Shown here: piece after piece, positions 1 to 15,079 of the stretch
Layout of the letters: each line of letters starts with the position of its first letter
Numbering within the stretch: position 1 is the stretch's first letter
NCBI GenBank assembly: GCA_965285935.1
Contig: OZ260666.1
Coordinates: forward strand, 45,942,001 to 46,006,000
Length of the DNA: 64,000 bases
Source of the DNA: Ophelia neglecta
Taxonomy: Eukaryota
Reading direction: 5' to 3'
Made by a program: the position numbers and the translations under genes
Notes under the pieces: generated by a model
Database searches by the model: none
Told to the model about the DNA's origin: nothing
The model's input: the letters and a program-made list of their open reading frames with translations, nothing else

Positions 1-3000
1 GAAAAAGTATATTTTTATTCACAGTTAGTAAGCTTAGTGGTGTCCCTTTATTTGAGTACACAACTTTCAAGTCACAAAGATTCTTACCATTAGATGTTGC
101 CTACGAAGTCATGTGGCCCCTGTTAAAGCCATTCTGAATCAATGATTTCTAATTGCTGCTCGTGCCCTGAATACCTACATGTACTCAGTAGTTCACACCA
201 AGAGAAATAGCTGTCCATCATGAGTCAATTATATCAGCAAAACCACTACAGCAATGCAGATGACCCAGTATAAATATGTGTCTAGAAATTCAATATCATT
301 CATTTGGTTACTTTTCAAATCACCAATATTTTAGCTTCTACTCTGAAGTAGCCTTCAAAAGAAATAGGTAAGTTAAGATCTGAACAACAGACATATATGT
401 AGATATTTTTATACAGAGATGTCATTACATGACCAATACCAATTATAAATTGGGCCCAAGTGCAATGATAAGCCCAGCTCACTGGACATTTCCTTGATCC
501 TTGGGTGAGGGATAATATCTAGAGAGATGGGCTTATTTGAGGGAGTAAAAATTGATATTGTGATAAGTGTGGTATAATAACTGGTAAAAACAGACTGAAT
601 GATGTCTGATGTAAAAGTATACAGTATTTTTAAGAAGAGTTGACCTAATTAAACTTATAATTAACTCCAGTTCACAAAATAATATTTCTATGACTGTCCT
701 TGCTAGAATTTCTGATCATTCCTAAGCCATTCCACTGCAGTCAATCACTGCACTGCTTGCTTTTCCATCTGGTAAAAAGAAGTTATATTGCCTTTATTGT
801 TTGACAATTGACAGTTATGAAGTCATATTAATGGGCCCACCTAATATACCCACAAGGCTGCTCAGTTGAAACCAGTGGGAGGAAACTTAGTCGGCAGTCT
901 TGACGAGTTTGAAGGTTAAGATTGCTGCAGCAGTACCGTGTAGATATGCTCAGGTAATTTCGCAGAATAACAATTTTTACTATCATACCATGATATTGGA
1001 TCAATTTGTGCAGACATGATAGCATTTACTGGCCGAACGCATTAGTTGCAACCAGATTGGCACAAAGGCATCCATTTGATAATCTTTTTTTGGAGCCGTC
1101 TGAGTTTTTGGGTACCACCAAACCAGGTAAGTTGCCAAATCAGCAATCATTTTGGAAAACCCAGCCACTGGCAGTAAAAGGTAGTGAATCATGAGTGCAC
1201 TCATATCAAAGTTATCATCAGAATTTATAATATAAAAAAAGATCCAGAAACCCTCGTCTGCATCAGCACAGGGTCTTGGGAAGCTTGGAATTGACAATTC
1301 TCATAAAAAGTCAATAGTTTTGAGAGGATATTGCCCTGGCAGATTGTCGATATAGCAGGCAATTCGTCGATATAAGATACATGTACTTTCAACTGACCAG
1401 TTGCAATTTGCTGCAGACATGATTCCAGTCCAAACATTGATAAAACAGGCTAATACACATTGCTTGAGAAATAAATACAAATGCAAGGAGGATGTACAAC
1501 TAAAAACAACGAGGAAAGCAATGTAATAATCATTCCATTAGTATTTCAAGATTACTTTTTGATTTCATAATTTCTTCTCACACAAAACTGAAGGTGTTTT
1601 ACCTGGTTTTATAAATCATAGAGATACATAAATAAACATGTACCATTATTACAACTATTTTGATACTCTATCTACCATTGGGTTCAACAATCTCCTTAAT
1701 TATGTGTATATACCTTTATCCTCACCGAACATAAGGCTCATATCAGAAGCATATGCTGTTTTTGTTCTTTTAGAAGATTCATACCTTATAAATGACACTC
1801 CCTTAGTTTTAGAATAAGGATGCGCTATAGCTTATTTTTGGATTTTGATAATTAAAGTCTAATAGAGAGGAAATTTGTTATTCAATATAGACACATTTGC
1901 AAGTTTGGCACAAAAGTTCATTACCTTCTAGACCTGAAAATTGAAAGATTAAGTTTTCTAATATATATATATATCAAATAAGGCAATGAAATTCTATCTG
2001 CCTTTACATGTACACATATGTATCTAGTATATTGTTGAATAATGTGCTGAAATAAATAGAAAAGTTTTGCTTCAATGTATTAAAATGGTTGCCCTGTGAG
2101 GCCAGAGATTGGCCATCCAAATTGTACCCTTAGATAGAAAATATAATTTCCTCTTAATTTCCATGTTGACCTGAAACATACAAATAACAGGAACACACTT
2201 AAATAAATGTAATTTAAATGACATTGAAGGCTTTGCCTTTGTGCTCTAACTCATTAGATTTGGGTGCCAAAGGGCCCAGTAGAACCTGTAATCTACCAAA
2301 TTAAAAGAGGCAGACTCAAATGAGCATTGAGTTGTTGTCACCGAATCAAGGGAATTACATGCTGTGGAAGCCCCAAGTGGAGCATGGTCTCTTGGCCTCC
2401 AATTTCCAAAGTGACCTCTCTTAACAGCCACCTCAGTTTGACTTCCTCTAGCCAGCCGATAGCCAAGCCTGCTTCAGACCGGTGTCCTGGCTGCCAATCA
2501 TAAGTGCCAAGACAAGAGATGAAAGCTGTGAAGAAGTTCAATCAACCACAGACAGACACACTTGGAGCATGCTAAGCCTTGTCTGCAGGCCATCACACAG
2601 TAATCCTAAAAGTATCCAATGGTCCATCCAGAACATTAATGGCTAAAACCCAAAGCCATCAGGCAAGAGGAATGACAAGAAAACAAATGTTCTGGCACAT
2701 GATTGCAGCTAATGAATCTTATTATTTTTCTGAAGATTGATTACCTGTCTTTGATTGTACAAGTGAGAGAACATTTCTGGCAACATGTCTATATATTCAT
2801 CAGGAGATTGTATTTGTTGATTCTGCTTGCTGAAGGATATACTTCTTTAATTTCTACTCATCAATTCTTTTGCTATAAATGTCAACTCTTTTTTTCTGCA
2901 AATCTATCCAAGTACACTAAACCAAACAGAATGTATTAACCATACATGTAAACAGCATAATAAACTGAAATCACAGAACATCGTAAAACAAGACGGTGCC

Positions 3001-3907
3001 ATAATGCGAGACAAAACCAATATGACAAGAGAAATTACGATGACTCTTTGCATACCATCTCAGTAGGCAGTTAGAGTAAGTAGCTGAAGCAGAACTGCTC
3101 CTAAATAACCTCGTCTCCTGACGGGCTCGATGGCCCAACTCAGTAAATCTTCATACTAACAAGCAGGTACAGCTCGTGTAACAACTGAAAAACAAGCAGT
3201 ATCAGGTGCAATCTGCTCTCACACCATTTGTCAGACATTTTACCTTAGGCTTTCGGGAGTTGGCTATAAAGACAACTTCGAATTTTTCAACCTTAACAAA
3301 TAATGAAAATTGCTTTAAGCCAATAAAAGAAGAAAGCAAGTAATATAAGTATTCTTGCAAGAACAGACATTTTAAAGACACATGTGACCAACTAAGCATC
3401 AGACAGCATGGTTCTTGAATTGAATGATGCAAAGCAATTAACTGACTGAATTAATTGAGTATAATTACATGTAGATTGATTGATTTCCACGCTTTATTTA
3501 TCTCAGCACACCTGCACTCCAGAGAGAACTCAGAAGGCTAATATAAGTATGTGGCTGGGGGTTAATTAATTGTGTAATTTAGTAATTCATTTAGAAAAAT
3601 ATGATTGTATCTCCATTATACCATATAGTTCATGTTGTATGTGGCTTCAAAGAATGGCACATTATGCTATACGCATGGGGATCTGTATACGGAGGGTGTC
3701 TAATCAAGGCTCAAATTCCTTTACATAATGGACATTCATACATATGCAGTGCATACATCAATAATCAATGATAATGCCTAATAGGGTTCAATAATAATGG
3801 CACTTCACAGGCAGCTGAGCACAGTAAGGCATCCACGATCTGGGAGTTTGTTCATGTAGCGTCAAAGCAGAAGGTCAGCCATAGGATGAGTGGCTACTGT
3901 ATCAAAA

Positions 3908-4119
3908 CCTGGAGGGGCACTTCCCATATTTTAGGGTGAGGGTGCCCCTGCGCCTTTGTAAAAGGGGTCATTATGATATGCAATTCTTTAAAGAAGTACC
4001 AAAATGACAGATTTCCAAAAAGCTACCCTTTTGAAGTTGAGCTTCTCGCAGATAATATTTTACTCTACTCTGAATAGAATATTCTGCTGTCCATACAGAA
4101 TGAGTTGAAAGACCCCAGG
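3908..4119. mobile_element. Degraded MITE related to the 30764-31173 element
   Basis: Ends CCTGGAGGGGCACTTCC ... CCCCAGG. Shares AAAAGGGGT and AAAAAGCTACCC(TTTT) motifs with the 30.8 kb element. No TSD is visible. Confidence 0.35.
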
Positions 4120-6651
4120 ATGTCTGTTGCAACAAGCCTTGTAAATCTCCCTCCCCTTATAACTGTATAATCACTGCCGTAATACCTGTGGAGTAGATGG
4201 AGTGTGACAGCAGGATTGGAACGAGCCAGTAGACTAGTGTTTCATTTCCGTTTTCATTTGGACGAGCCATCTCTAGCTAAATCTGCAGAGACAGACAATT
4301 TCCAGTGACGATTGCGAATGATGCAGCTTCCATTGCTGGTTTCCCATAATGAGGCAAACTTCCTTGGTCAAGTGTATGTATATTATGTGTACGTCTGTTC
4401 AGGAGGAAACCCACAATTAAGTGTTCTCACCAGCTCTTCCATCTTTAAGGTTTGGTAAATTCCCTTAAGGGTGCTGGCTTGGGTAGATATAACCTGATTA
4501 TGAGGGGATCAAACCTTCTTGTACTTTACGTGCTGTGCACGACAACTACCCTGTATGTCCTATGCCGGAGACCTTGTCTGAAGAGGTTCTTGACATCTAG
4601 TGACCTTGACCAATATGAGCAATTGTCTGTGGAAGCTAGGTCATGGTGATGAAAAATGCCTATCACTCCTAGGTTGAGTAGATGATTAATGTTTGTCCCT
4701 GTTATCAGTTTTTAGGTGGGTAAAACAATTGTGATAAGGAGAGTGCAAACACATGAATATATCAAGAACTTGTTCAACTTTTTCTTCTTCACTAAACTGA
4801 TCTGCAGATGAGCTTGGAAAAGAATTTATCGACATTAAGATTACAAAAAAGAAGTAGGAAAATCAATAAATACTAAATACCAGAATTAAATCCATTCAAA
4901 CCTGAGTGCCTTTGTGAGGGACACCCTTCATTGATGTACATGTATATATAAACAGTTTGGCTATAATGTTACAGAAAGCTGCTTTAATTGACTAATACCA
5001 CTACAGAGCATGTTTTGACTTCCGATATATGAAGTAGATCATATGACTTTCACATTTTTCTTGTAGTTCAGCGTGTGCACAATGTAGTTTGGTGCTATAA
5101 TACTCATGGACATAACGATTATATTCCCAGACACTGATTTCAGCAATTGAACAATGTATTGTCATAATTAATGTGCTGATTTTCATACACAAGTCACCGT
5201 CTATTCAAGTAATTACCTGATTTCGATTACATTGAATAACTTCAATTGAGATTTAAAGTGACTTTAAACCAAGAAAAAATGCTTCATTAATTTCTACCAA
5301 CATGATTCACTCCTCCCTCTTTCCAGCTGACAAGTACATCATACATTTGCCCTTTTGAAATGTAATACATATATCTATAGGCAATTATATCATGTATAAA
5401 GGGGCAAAAACTCCCAACACAATTTATTAAAAATTATTGTGCAGCTTTCTTCAAAGCTGAGCTGAATAAACTGAGTTTGTGATTCTCTTGCTTTCAGCAG
5501 TTTTCCCCATATTTTGTTATCACCCAGTTTCATAAAATTATGGCATTAACATACCCAGTACTTCTCAAATATCATTGTAAAATGAATTAATATACACCTG
5601 AGTATTAATTACTCTGATAGGAAATTTAAATTTAAATACCCTTATCCTTATAATTGATCCTATATAATATATATTTTTTTTACTCTTCGCTTGCATTTCC
5701 ATTTTCTATTATGATTGTTTTCAACAATTTTACCTGTCATTGGATCATAAGTTTGCTCTAGGTGGTCTTTGCAGCTCTGACAAAATCTAGGCCTTATTCA
5801 TGCCTAATTTATGTTCCTTAAAGGAATGCAACTAGTATCTTCAATATCTTAAAACCCCCAAATATATTTCAATTATTTTTAACATATAACCGTTAACTGT
5901 ATGCATGGTCATTAAAAGTAGTTACTGGGAATATTCATTTAAGTGAATGGTAATGGATATCTGTGAGTTGAAAAAAACCCATCTGCAGTCATAAACTGTA
6001 GAGATGCCAATAAATCCTACTTATCCATTGAAAGCAGTATTGGCAGTTAATTTCCGAAAACTAGAAAAGGGCCATATTTGGAGCAACTCCCTTCATTGAA
6101 AGATGGGCATTTCTTAAAGGAATGATGTAAATCACATAGCTTTAGATGAAGATAAAGAAGCTTCCAGATGAGGGATAACTGGCTAGAACAATGTTATGTT
6201 ACCATTATTGCCATCCCTTAAATTGAGACATGTATGTGCCAATGCCTCTCCAAGTCAATTGTTTGTTTATTTTGACAGCAGAAGAGCGCATAGTGCAAAA
6301 GTTTCATTTACTATGTTTTCCTGCTATCCACTGCTGATTTTGACAATAAACATGCTCAGGAAAGACAACACCTGTGACTCAATCAATATATTGACCAATC
6401 AGTGATTACTACATTACTGATAACCACTTTTTCTCCAAACAAAAACTGATTGCTCAGTGTTCTTAATCTGAGAAGGAAAATGGACATACAGCGGAGAGAT
6501 ATTCCGCTCCTGGCATCAGTCTAGCTATCTTGGCTGTGGCTTGGTTTAGGAGGCCAAATATTGATTATTTTTGGTTTGGTAACCAATCACAGCTGTTGTA
6601 AGATCTACCTGCCATACCTTATGATCCTAATTGGTCCTGCTCAAACAATTA

Positions 6652-6822
6652 CCGTATTTATTCCAATAAGCGCCCCTGCCCTAATAAGCGCTCCCCTTCC
6701 TCCACCGAGTTTTTTGGGGCAGCAGAAGGTCCATAAATGTCATATAGATTCCGCCGGCCGATGGGCGAAAATTTCCGTTCCAATTTCTAAGCGCCCCGGG
6801 GCGCTTATTGGAATGAATACAG
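6652..6822. mobile_element. Young Tc1/mariner-pogo-type MITE, 171 bp, TA target-site duplication
   Basis: TIRs CCGTATTTATTCCAATAAGCGCCCC and (rc) CTGTATTCATTCCAATAAGCGCCCC differ at 2/25 positions. TA on both sides (6650-51, 6823-24). Subterminal TAAGCGC(C/T)CC repeats, an internal palindrome AAGCGCCCCGGGGCGCTT, and intact CpGs. Confidence 0.9.
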
Positions 6823-7313
6823 TAGGTGGGATATAGCTTCTAAGTAATACAATGAATAACATCGCTACATTGTATCATAATGTTACCACATGAAAATTTC
6901 TCTTCAAGTAAAATTATGACACCCCTACAGCTAATATTGTTTGAAAACTTAATGACTCCATCACGAGATGTGGAGAGAATTTCATTGACGCACTTAGCAT
7001 TGCTTTCCGCTGACATAGTCAGAAACGTCTTTTCTCAACATTTAAACTCCAGATTTTATGACTTTCACATTTATGAGTTGGCATTTTTCAGATTAGAATA
7101 TATATATATAAAATCATATCATTAGGAAACCTCGGTTTCTCTCTGATATTGATGAGTATTCCTAGAGTCTTGTAGAAAACATATTTGTCTAAACTGATAT
7201 AATCATCAATATTCTGAGAGAGTCAGTGTCAAAAGAGCGTGGCTGCAGGATATAGTGACAGCCAGGCTTTTTTTGCATACCAAAGTGTCCCAGCATGCAG
7301 GGCAGTCTTTCGT

Positions 7314-7332
7314 TTCTCACCAGATGGCGCTA
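7314..7332 (+). promoter_or_regulatory. CTCF-like motif in the Elk intron
   Basis: TTCTCACCAGATGGCGCTA closely matches the CTCF core CCASYAGRKGGCRS, with its CpG retained in a CpG-depleted background. Confidence 0.4.
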
Positions 7333-10300
7333 ACATCATAAGTTGCTCTTGCTACTGGCAAGTAAATTTTTTTTTGCCTCTACTTCGATTTTTGATTAAA
7401 TGTCTGATAATTTGGTGTTCTTGCATATAACATAACACTCTAATCATTAACAGCAACTGGACTTTACATATCAGATGACCAAGTGTGGAATGAGATAGGT
7501 AAAAAGTCACGACTCATCCAGACAAGTTTTATTCTTCAATTGGTCATCTAGAATGTGTGAATTTAGCATTATAATTGTGTAAGCAAAGTTATTATTGATT
7601 CCAACCAAAAAAGAATTACATATAATTTGGTTATTTTCAAATTTTTTTAAGAAATTAATATGATATCATCTTTCGATTAAAATAAAATTAAGAAATGTAA
7701 GTATTTACTGGCTGCATTAGCAAGTTAAGATGACAAAAATATATGTGCCAACTACAAATTAATAAGCACACTACGAAGCACAAAATATGTAGCTTCTCAT
7801 TCAAACTGATATGGTAACTATAATAATGTAAAGAAATATAATAAGATGAAACAAAATAATCTCATAAAAAGTTGGATAATATGAGATCACAATAAACAAT
7901 GAAATGGAATTATATAGTGATTTCTAACTGTCAAAGGTAAGGTTATAAACCACAGCCATCTACAAGAGTATATCAGATGTACTGTAAGACGTAGAACTGC
8001 AAAAGTCGAAGTTTGAAAGAATTATCCTGAAACTCTTCTCAATTTGCTGGTAAGGAGCTGGCCAATAGTATGAGATTTTGTCAGACTAATAGCTCACTAA
8101 TGTATGGAGAACCTGTGACTTTCTGGAGATATCTGAGATTAAATGATGCATTTAGCGGAGGCCCGTACAGGAGCAGAATGATCAATTAGTCAGTGGTCTC
8201 TGACTACACTGGCAATAAGCTAATGATCTACAGGTGTCGATAAATCGTTGTACTCCGACATGGGCACACTTCCTATTAAGGATGGACAGCACTGTCCTCA
8301 ACTGGTATTACTGCCTCTATTCAACACTGGATCAATTGAGGGCTTTTAGGATGAATTACAGATGTCTATCCCTCTGGCTCCAGCAGGGCGAGAGTCAGAG
8401 CTGGTCTTCATGATTTGTACATGCTAAATGCATCTTTCAGATAAAGAGAGTTTAATTAAGAAGGAGTACTACCAGCCAGAGCAAAATACATTTAAATATC
8501 ACATTTCTTAAGCATAAACCCCATTTGCAAGGCATCACCTTTCATCTTCCAGTCATTGTTAGTAATAGGGATGGCAATTTCACATTGCTCAGTGGCAACA
8601 AATGGCAAACCCCTATATGAGAATAACATCTCACTAGACACAACAACTGGGGCCAATGAGTGACATATTCCATTGACATTTAAAGCCAACTGTAACAAAT
8701 GTCAATGGCTATATTGTCTGTGTGCAATCAGATAGCAGCATTGGATGTTTGTAGGCTGACAGCAATAAATGTGTGAGAAAAGGAGTTGTCAATGACAAAG
8801 AGATGAACTAATTTATGGCACTGTTATCTGTAAACTTGGTTAAAACTATGGTGCTGATCCTTCAATTTTACTCCATTGCATATAAATTTTTCTTCTCAAA
8901 TGACAGTCATCCATCAAACGACATGTACATGTACATGTATATCTATGACAAATGGATAGATTACATGACACAGTATATATGTGATTTCTCTCATGAAAAA
9001 ATGTGTCAACAATTCTAATTGTTTCCCCCTTTTGGTTAGAATTATTTATTTGAACAAAATATTGTTTCCTTCATGCAAGTAACAATCTCACCCAAGGATG
9101 AGTTAAAATCAGAGTAAGCTTAGGTAATTAACTGATGACATCACATGCATATACATGGACATTTAAATGTACATACAAATCAGCCAGTATATCTCTCTAG
9201 TCATCAGGGACATTATAGGTTCGCCCAGGGCAAACTAGTGGTGTCTGCCTCTTCATTGGCCACAACAGCAACACCAGTCAGAAAGAGACCTGTGTGCATT
9301 TGCAGTCAGTGTGGCTGCTGTTCATAGTGATGGATTTTACACAGTCCCCTTATCAAGGGTGAGATGGAAAAAAAACTACAGGGACCTGACCTAGGCCATT
9401 GGCTGGTCATGGATCCCCATTCTTATTCATTTATTTCCATGTCATAATGGGCGTATCTTCAGGAGACCTGGGCCATATGGTCTGATGTTGGCTCAAGGGA
9501 GCTGTATGTCAGACCCAGGGGAGTATGTGAGAGGTAGGGTGGCACAAATAGATGGCAAAAGCAGGCTGGAGACAACTTGATCTCCCGGATCAGGCAGGGG
9601 AGCTTAACACTCCAGGCAAACTGCCCTCCTCATCATTAATTAAATGTATTGCATGCTGCACCAAATAAATCGGCCAGTATAAGATTGAGAATTGCCGCAA
9701 TATTATTTCCATATAAATACATGGAGGCTGAGATCAGAGGAAAACTCCCGTACAGCAAATTTAAGAAAAGGTGCATGAATAATGCATGTTGTTTGAGGAT
9801 ACAGTAGCTGATTCCCAACAAATTATATGGACTGCAATAAACCAGCAGCTGCAGCAAAATTAATGAGAGTCCTGCAGTAATCCATACCGAGGAATAAAAA
9901 ATAAATAAATACGTTATGTGCAGCAATGTCAATAGACAGTATATATTTTTATATATATATATGTGTATGTATATATATATATAAATATGAACAATTTCCT
10001 TGTACAAACTGTAAAGGGCTCAGACTGTACCGAGAGAGCATGTTATATTAGAGATGACCATATTATGCAAATAATGAAATAAAAAGTCCCCATAACAATA
10101 GTCAGCCCACCAGAATGACTCTGCTGGGGGGAGCATCAAATTAGAAATTTGCTGCATGATTGATGCTTTACTGTAAAAATATGCAAATAAAATCCCAGGA
10201 GGAAATACAACTGAAAGGAGAATACAGTCTGCATGAGAAGAAATCATAGCTTATATTTCTACGGTTACATTTTCATCCAAATTCAATTGGAAATATGGGA

Positions 10301-11496
10301 TTATTTGTAACTTATACAATTCAAAAATCAATCTGTAACTATTAAACCACCGAAGCATTGTGACATTTATACATTCTAAAGTTGGCTTTATTGGCTTGTA
10401 ATTTTTCTGATAACTATAAAGATAATTGTATTTTTGGATACCATAATGCATGAAAAGCTGACTTTTGTCCTTGAACAAAGATGTTTTGAGAGGTAAATTA
10501 ACAATCGAGTCTGTGATGAGAAAAACAAGTTGCAATAAATAGTCTGTTGGAATCTTGTGTAATTTTAATCCATGGTAAATTGGTACTGAAGAGGAATGAT
10601 GAAATGTTATTTTACATCTGTGCTGTGTCTACCAAAGAATGATAGATTATTATGGCATGTTTTGGCATGCCAATGGTCAGTAGGTGATTTAGATACGCTT
10701 CCAATGTAGCTATAAGACATTATAAGATATGGAATTGCAGCAGTATTACTCCCTGTACATACAAATATGCACGTTTGTTGCGATAGGCCCGAAAGCTGAG
10801 CCCAATATGTCCAATCAGTATGGTTTTCATATCCACAGACATTCAAGTATGCTCTATCAAAAACAGCGATTTGTTTTCCTTGGACCTCCGAGATGCACCC
10901 AGTTGTACAAGCTGGAGCCTATTTTTGTAGGTCTGTTTCCAGTGGGGAGATTGTAGCTGAGCAGCCTTTGTTAATAATCTCCCTGCTAAGTTCTACTATG
11001 AGCCACACAAGTGTTGTTTGACTGAATCTCCATCAAGTCAAATGAAGAGTTATTAATTGCCACCAAGGGTAGGCATCAAGGTGGCCAAACAATTTTCTGG
11101 ATTGATTTCATTGTATAAAACCCAGTGTGAGGTCCCCGCTGCTACGAATCTACAAGTATGTACCTGACTAGTGAACCAATTTGACCACCTAATGCAATGT
11201 GTAGTTTTAATAATTTCATGGGTGAAGACAATAAATAACCATCACACGCACAGTTGTCCACGCTTCCCCGGAGTCACACACAATAACTTCTGATCAGCCT
11301 TGATAGCAATTCCACAAATAATGATTCATAAATATGCAGGCCAGAATATTACCAAGTAAAGAGATAGCAATGGGCATTCAATATGGCTGAGTAATTGCCT
11401 GCAGCTGAATATAAGTGGGTCAGTGCTGCAAAATGGGCAATAACTGGGATAGAACTAAACTTACCATCTGAAATCATGGTAATTAATCATAGATTA

Positions 11497-11858
<362 letters not shown>

Positions 11859-12282
11859 CTGAACATAGTTCTTAGGAAATCACAACACCTTGTCTCTGCC
11901 TTTCATTTATCGGCAAGTCTCACCAAAATAAGTAACATGATAAAAAATCCTCACAATGTTGTGTAATTTTTAGCCTGTTATCTGGATTCAGTTTGGTTAA
12001 TAATGGTTCTATTTCTCCATCTAGGACAAGAGGATTGCCCTGAATCCTTCAGGCAGTATTAGTGCCCAGAACATCAGAATACACTAACAGAACACTAGCT
12101 TCTGAGTGTAGAGAATAATTGTTTCCTATCCATCCATACCTCCTGAACAGTTGAAACTGGGCTGAGGTGAAGGATAAAGACTTCTCTCTTCTCATCATAT
12201 AGGTTTTATATAATCACAAAGCTGTTTTGATGACTCCGGGGTAGATTCAATGTTACAAGATGATACATGGTTGCCCCCTCAC

Positions 12283-12380
12283 CACCTCTGCAATGATCCT
12301 AGTATTTTATCGTTTATTGAGCTGACACCGGTGACCATTTCTTCGGTGAAAAGCCTGCTGAATGCATATTTCTCTGCAAT
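12283..12380 (-). other. Predicted internal 5' leader exon of Elk (98 nt)
   Basis: Acceptor TGTTCTTTCAG|ATT and donor GTG|GTGAGG. CpG-retaining block. Only phase 0 is open (IAEKYAFSRLFTEEMVTGVSSINDKILGSLQR+TG). Confidence 0.55.
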
Positions 12381-14859
12381 CTGAAAGAACATTTGAAAGA
12401 AGCTATAATTCTTGTACAGTCATATTCCAAAGAGGCTTATTTTTAGTGAGTCGTCAATAAATTAGCATTATAGCATGACTAAATGAATACAATAATGTGC
12501 TGCATTGCCCATAAAACCCTGGTAAATTAATACTTTAGTCTACTGATCAACCACTTTCAACAGAAGTTTACGCTATGAAATAAACCATCATCTTTGTTGG
12601 AAACAATATACTTCATGAAATATGCAATCATCTTGATTGGATGTTAATGTCAAATGTCCTATCAATACTAAGATCGCAACACATAAACAAAAACAATGTA
12701 TCCTAGAGCCAGCTGGACTGGGGACACAGGAATGTGATGTAATTTATTCATATTATGAAATCATACACATTCATTAACACAAACAAAAATTCAAGTTTTT
12801 ACTGTTAGAGTGGGAAATTGTGGGATAAAAAGATCCCTTCTCTTATTGATTTTGTATATTTGCTCTATTTTTTAATGAAATTCATTATCACTTTTGCTGA
12901 CAGTTACATGATAGATGTATGCAGGCACTTAAATAACATTCCTGACACCAACCATTTAGCTTGATGACAGGCAGGATGAACAAGGAATAAAAACTAAACA
13001 TGAGCAATTAAAGGTATGTTTACGGACTTTTCTGAAATAAATGATGCATAAGGTTTTAAATTGATCTTAGTATTTATACGAGCTGGTCCTGTAAGCTGGA
13101 CAAACCCTTCATTGTTTTATTTTTTCTTTCTGTAATTCTATTTTACATTGTAGTTGCCAACTTGACTAATTAGCACTTACTATACAATGAAATTATATGC
13201 TGCCAAATATCATTGATATTGTACTGTTTTCAGAAGTATACAATTGCTTTAAAGCACCTCACTTGTTTCAGGCAACGAAAGTGCCTGGACCAGCACTTTT
13301 TCATGCAATGCACTTGCCCCAAAGGAGTGCTTTCTTTACTCAAGATGAAGATGGATGATTTAAACCCTACGCTGTCATTTTGGTTTGTACAAAGTCTAGT
13401 TACATTAGAGCATTTTAATTTGTGTGAGGCAGGTAACGGGGCACCTTTCTTTGGTACGAAGCACATTTTTCCAGCTGTTCTGTGCATACAAAAATGCTTC
13501 AAACCGTTTGTATCGCTCACCTTAGGCAAGTCACCCCTGGCTTCTTGCTAAAACTGGTGTGGTGAGCCATTGATAGCTTGGCTTGCAGTCATATTTTCCT
13601 CTACTGTAACAATTTGAAAGTTAGAGATATTCAACTGATTAATATCATGGTCAAAATATGCATTAATTACTATGCACATTTTAATCTCTTGTTTAGTTCT
13701 TCCAAGGCAGGAAGGAGCCATCCTAATCACGCTAATGAAACAAATATATATATGTACCCGGTATATATATACATTTTCTTGTGTAACTCTGACACCTATG
13801 GCATTCTGGGAACTAGCAGTACAGTATTCCCCTTGGTATACTTACTGGTTTAAACAAATGCTGAGAGGCAAACATGAACAATTCTTTAAATATACCTAAT
13901 ATACATGATAAGCAAATATGTGCAAGCTTAAAAATGCAATATATCTATACTATATTTGTCCATCCGGAAATAGCATTTTCCTCAGGCTAACAATCTCAAA
14001 ATATCCCTTGCCTTCTGCCTATCCAGTTATATATATGGTTTCCTGAGCAAGACAATACTTGTATGCTGTCCTGAGGTCACCATCATTAATAGTTTATCAA
14101 CAGAGGGGCCCATTGTCACATATATGAATAACCAATCAGTGCACATGAGCAACTAGACTGTACATTTCTGGTTTGATAGAAAGGCTTTTTTCTTATAATA
14201 CTACAGGAAATTTCAAGAATTAAAAGGATTGGCATGATTCTTTATTGCCATATGGCAACATACATGTACATGTGTTGATCTGTCACAAACTGTAACTAGA
14301 CACTACTAAGGCATATGTCATAAACCATATTAATCTCATTTAATTAAAAACTAAATTTTTGCATGTTACAAGTTCGGTCAACCATTTGGTTGCAATAGCA
14401 ATCATTTTCTTATTGAAATTTCTTTTTTGGTTTCAAGAGTCACAGCTAACACATTACATACATGTAAACAAAAATTCATGTTACATCCCTGAATAACCCA
14501 TTTACAACCTATTTTTAGAAGCAATATAACTTCCATAAAAATAGAAAACAACTTGTTAAGAACTTCTTTTCTGCTCATTTCTATAAAATAAGGTTATAAT
14601 CCAACTATTCCTGATTGCATTCTCTTCACTATACTACCATTGTACAGCTTGAATGGACAAGGCACTACCGGGATAAACCTGTAAAAGGTAGCACTTCTGA
14701 TATGTGCCATTGGCCACGACAGTTGGAGAGAATCATTCGTTTTCATACATCCTCATCTAAGTGTTTATTTCCGAGAGTGCTGGGTGGGAAATGGTGGGCA
14801 GAATGAATACTTTTGCTTCCTTCACCAGCCAAACATGTAATGGTACTCACAGAACTTAC

Positions 14860-15079
14860 CTCGGGCTTGCTTCTGGCACGTACTGCATCCAACCACCTTA
14901 TGAAAGACGGGCTAAAAGTCATAAGCTCATCAAATGTTTGATGGCTTTCTGAATCCGGTTGATTCAAATGTGGCCAAGGCATAATGCATTGGTACATTTA
15001 TATACCATACACAATCATATCAGTGCACTCGTGAATGTTTTCCATTTTGTATCAGCCCGAACAAGGATTTGCTAAAATC
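14860..15079 (-). other. Predicted internal 5' leader exon of Elk (220 nt), with an alternative donor 9 nt further on
   Basis: Acceptor ATAGTTTCAG|G, consensus donor GAG|GTAAGT at 14859 and a second donor TCT|GTGAGT at 14850. Several CpGs are retained. Confidence 0.55.

Noticed and set aside
5950-6020. Minus-strand GAT GGG TTT ... CTC ACA resembling the Elk PAS 'DGF..LTG' motif
   Set aside because: It needs a frameshift and lacks PIVYCS, SNF and FLYG context, so it is a chance match.
9636-10535. Three consecutive minus-strand ORFs (123, 75 and 94 aa) in the Elk intron
   Set aside because: They have low-complexity I/Y/L/F composition driven by AT-rich and (TA)n sequence, with no KCNH or other recognisable motifs.
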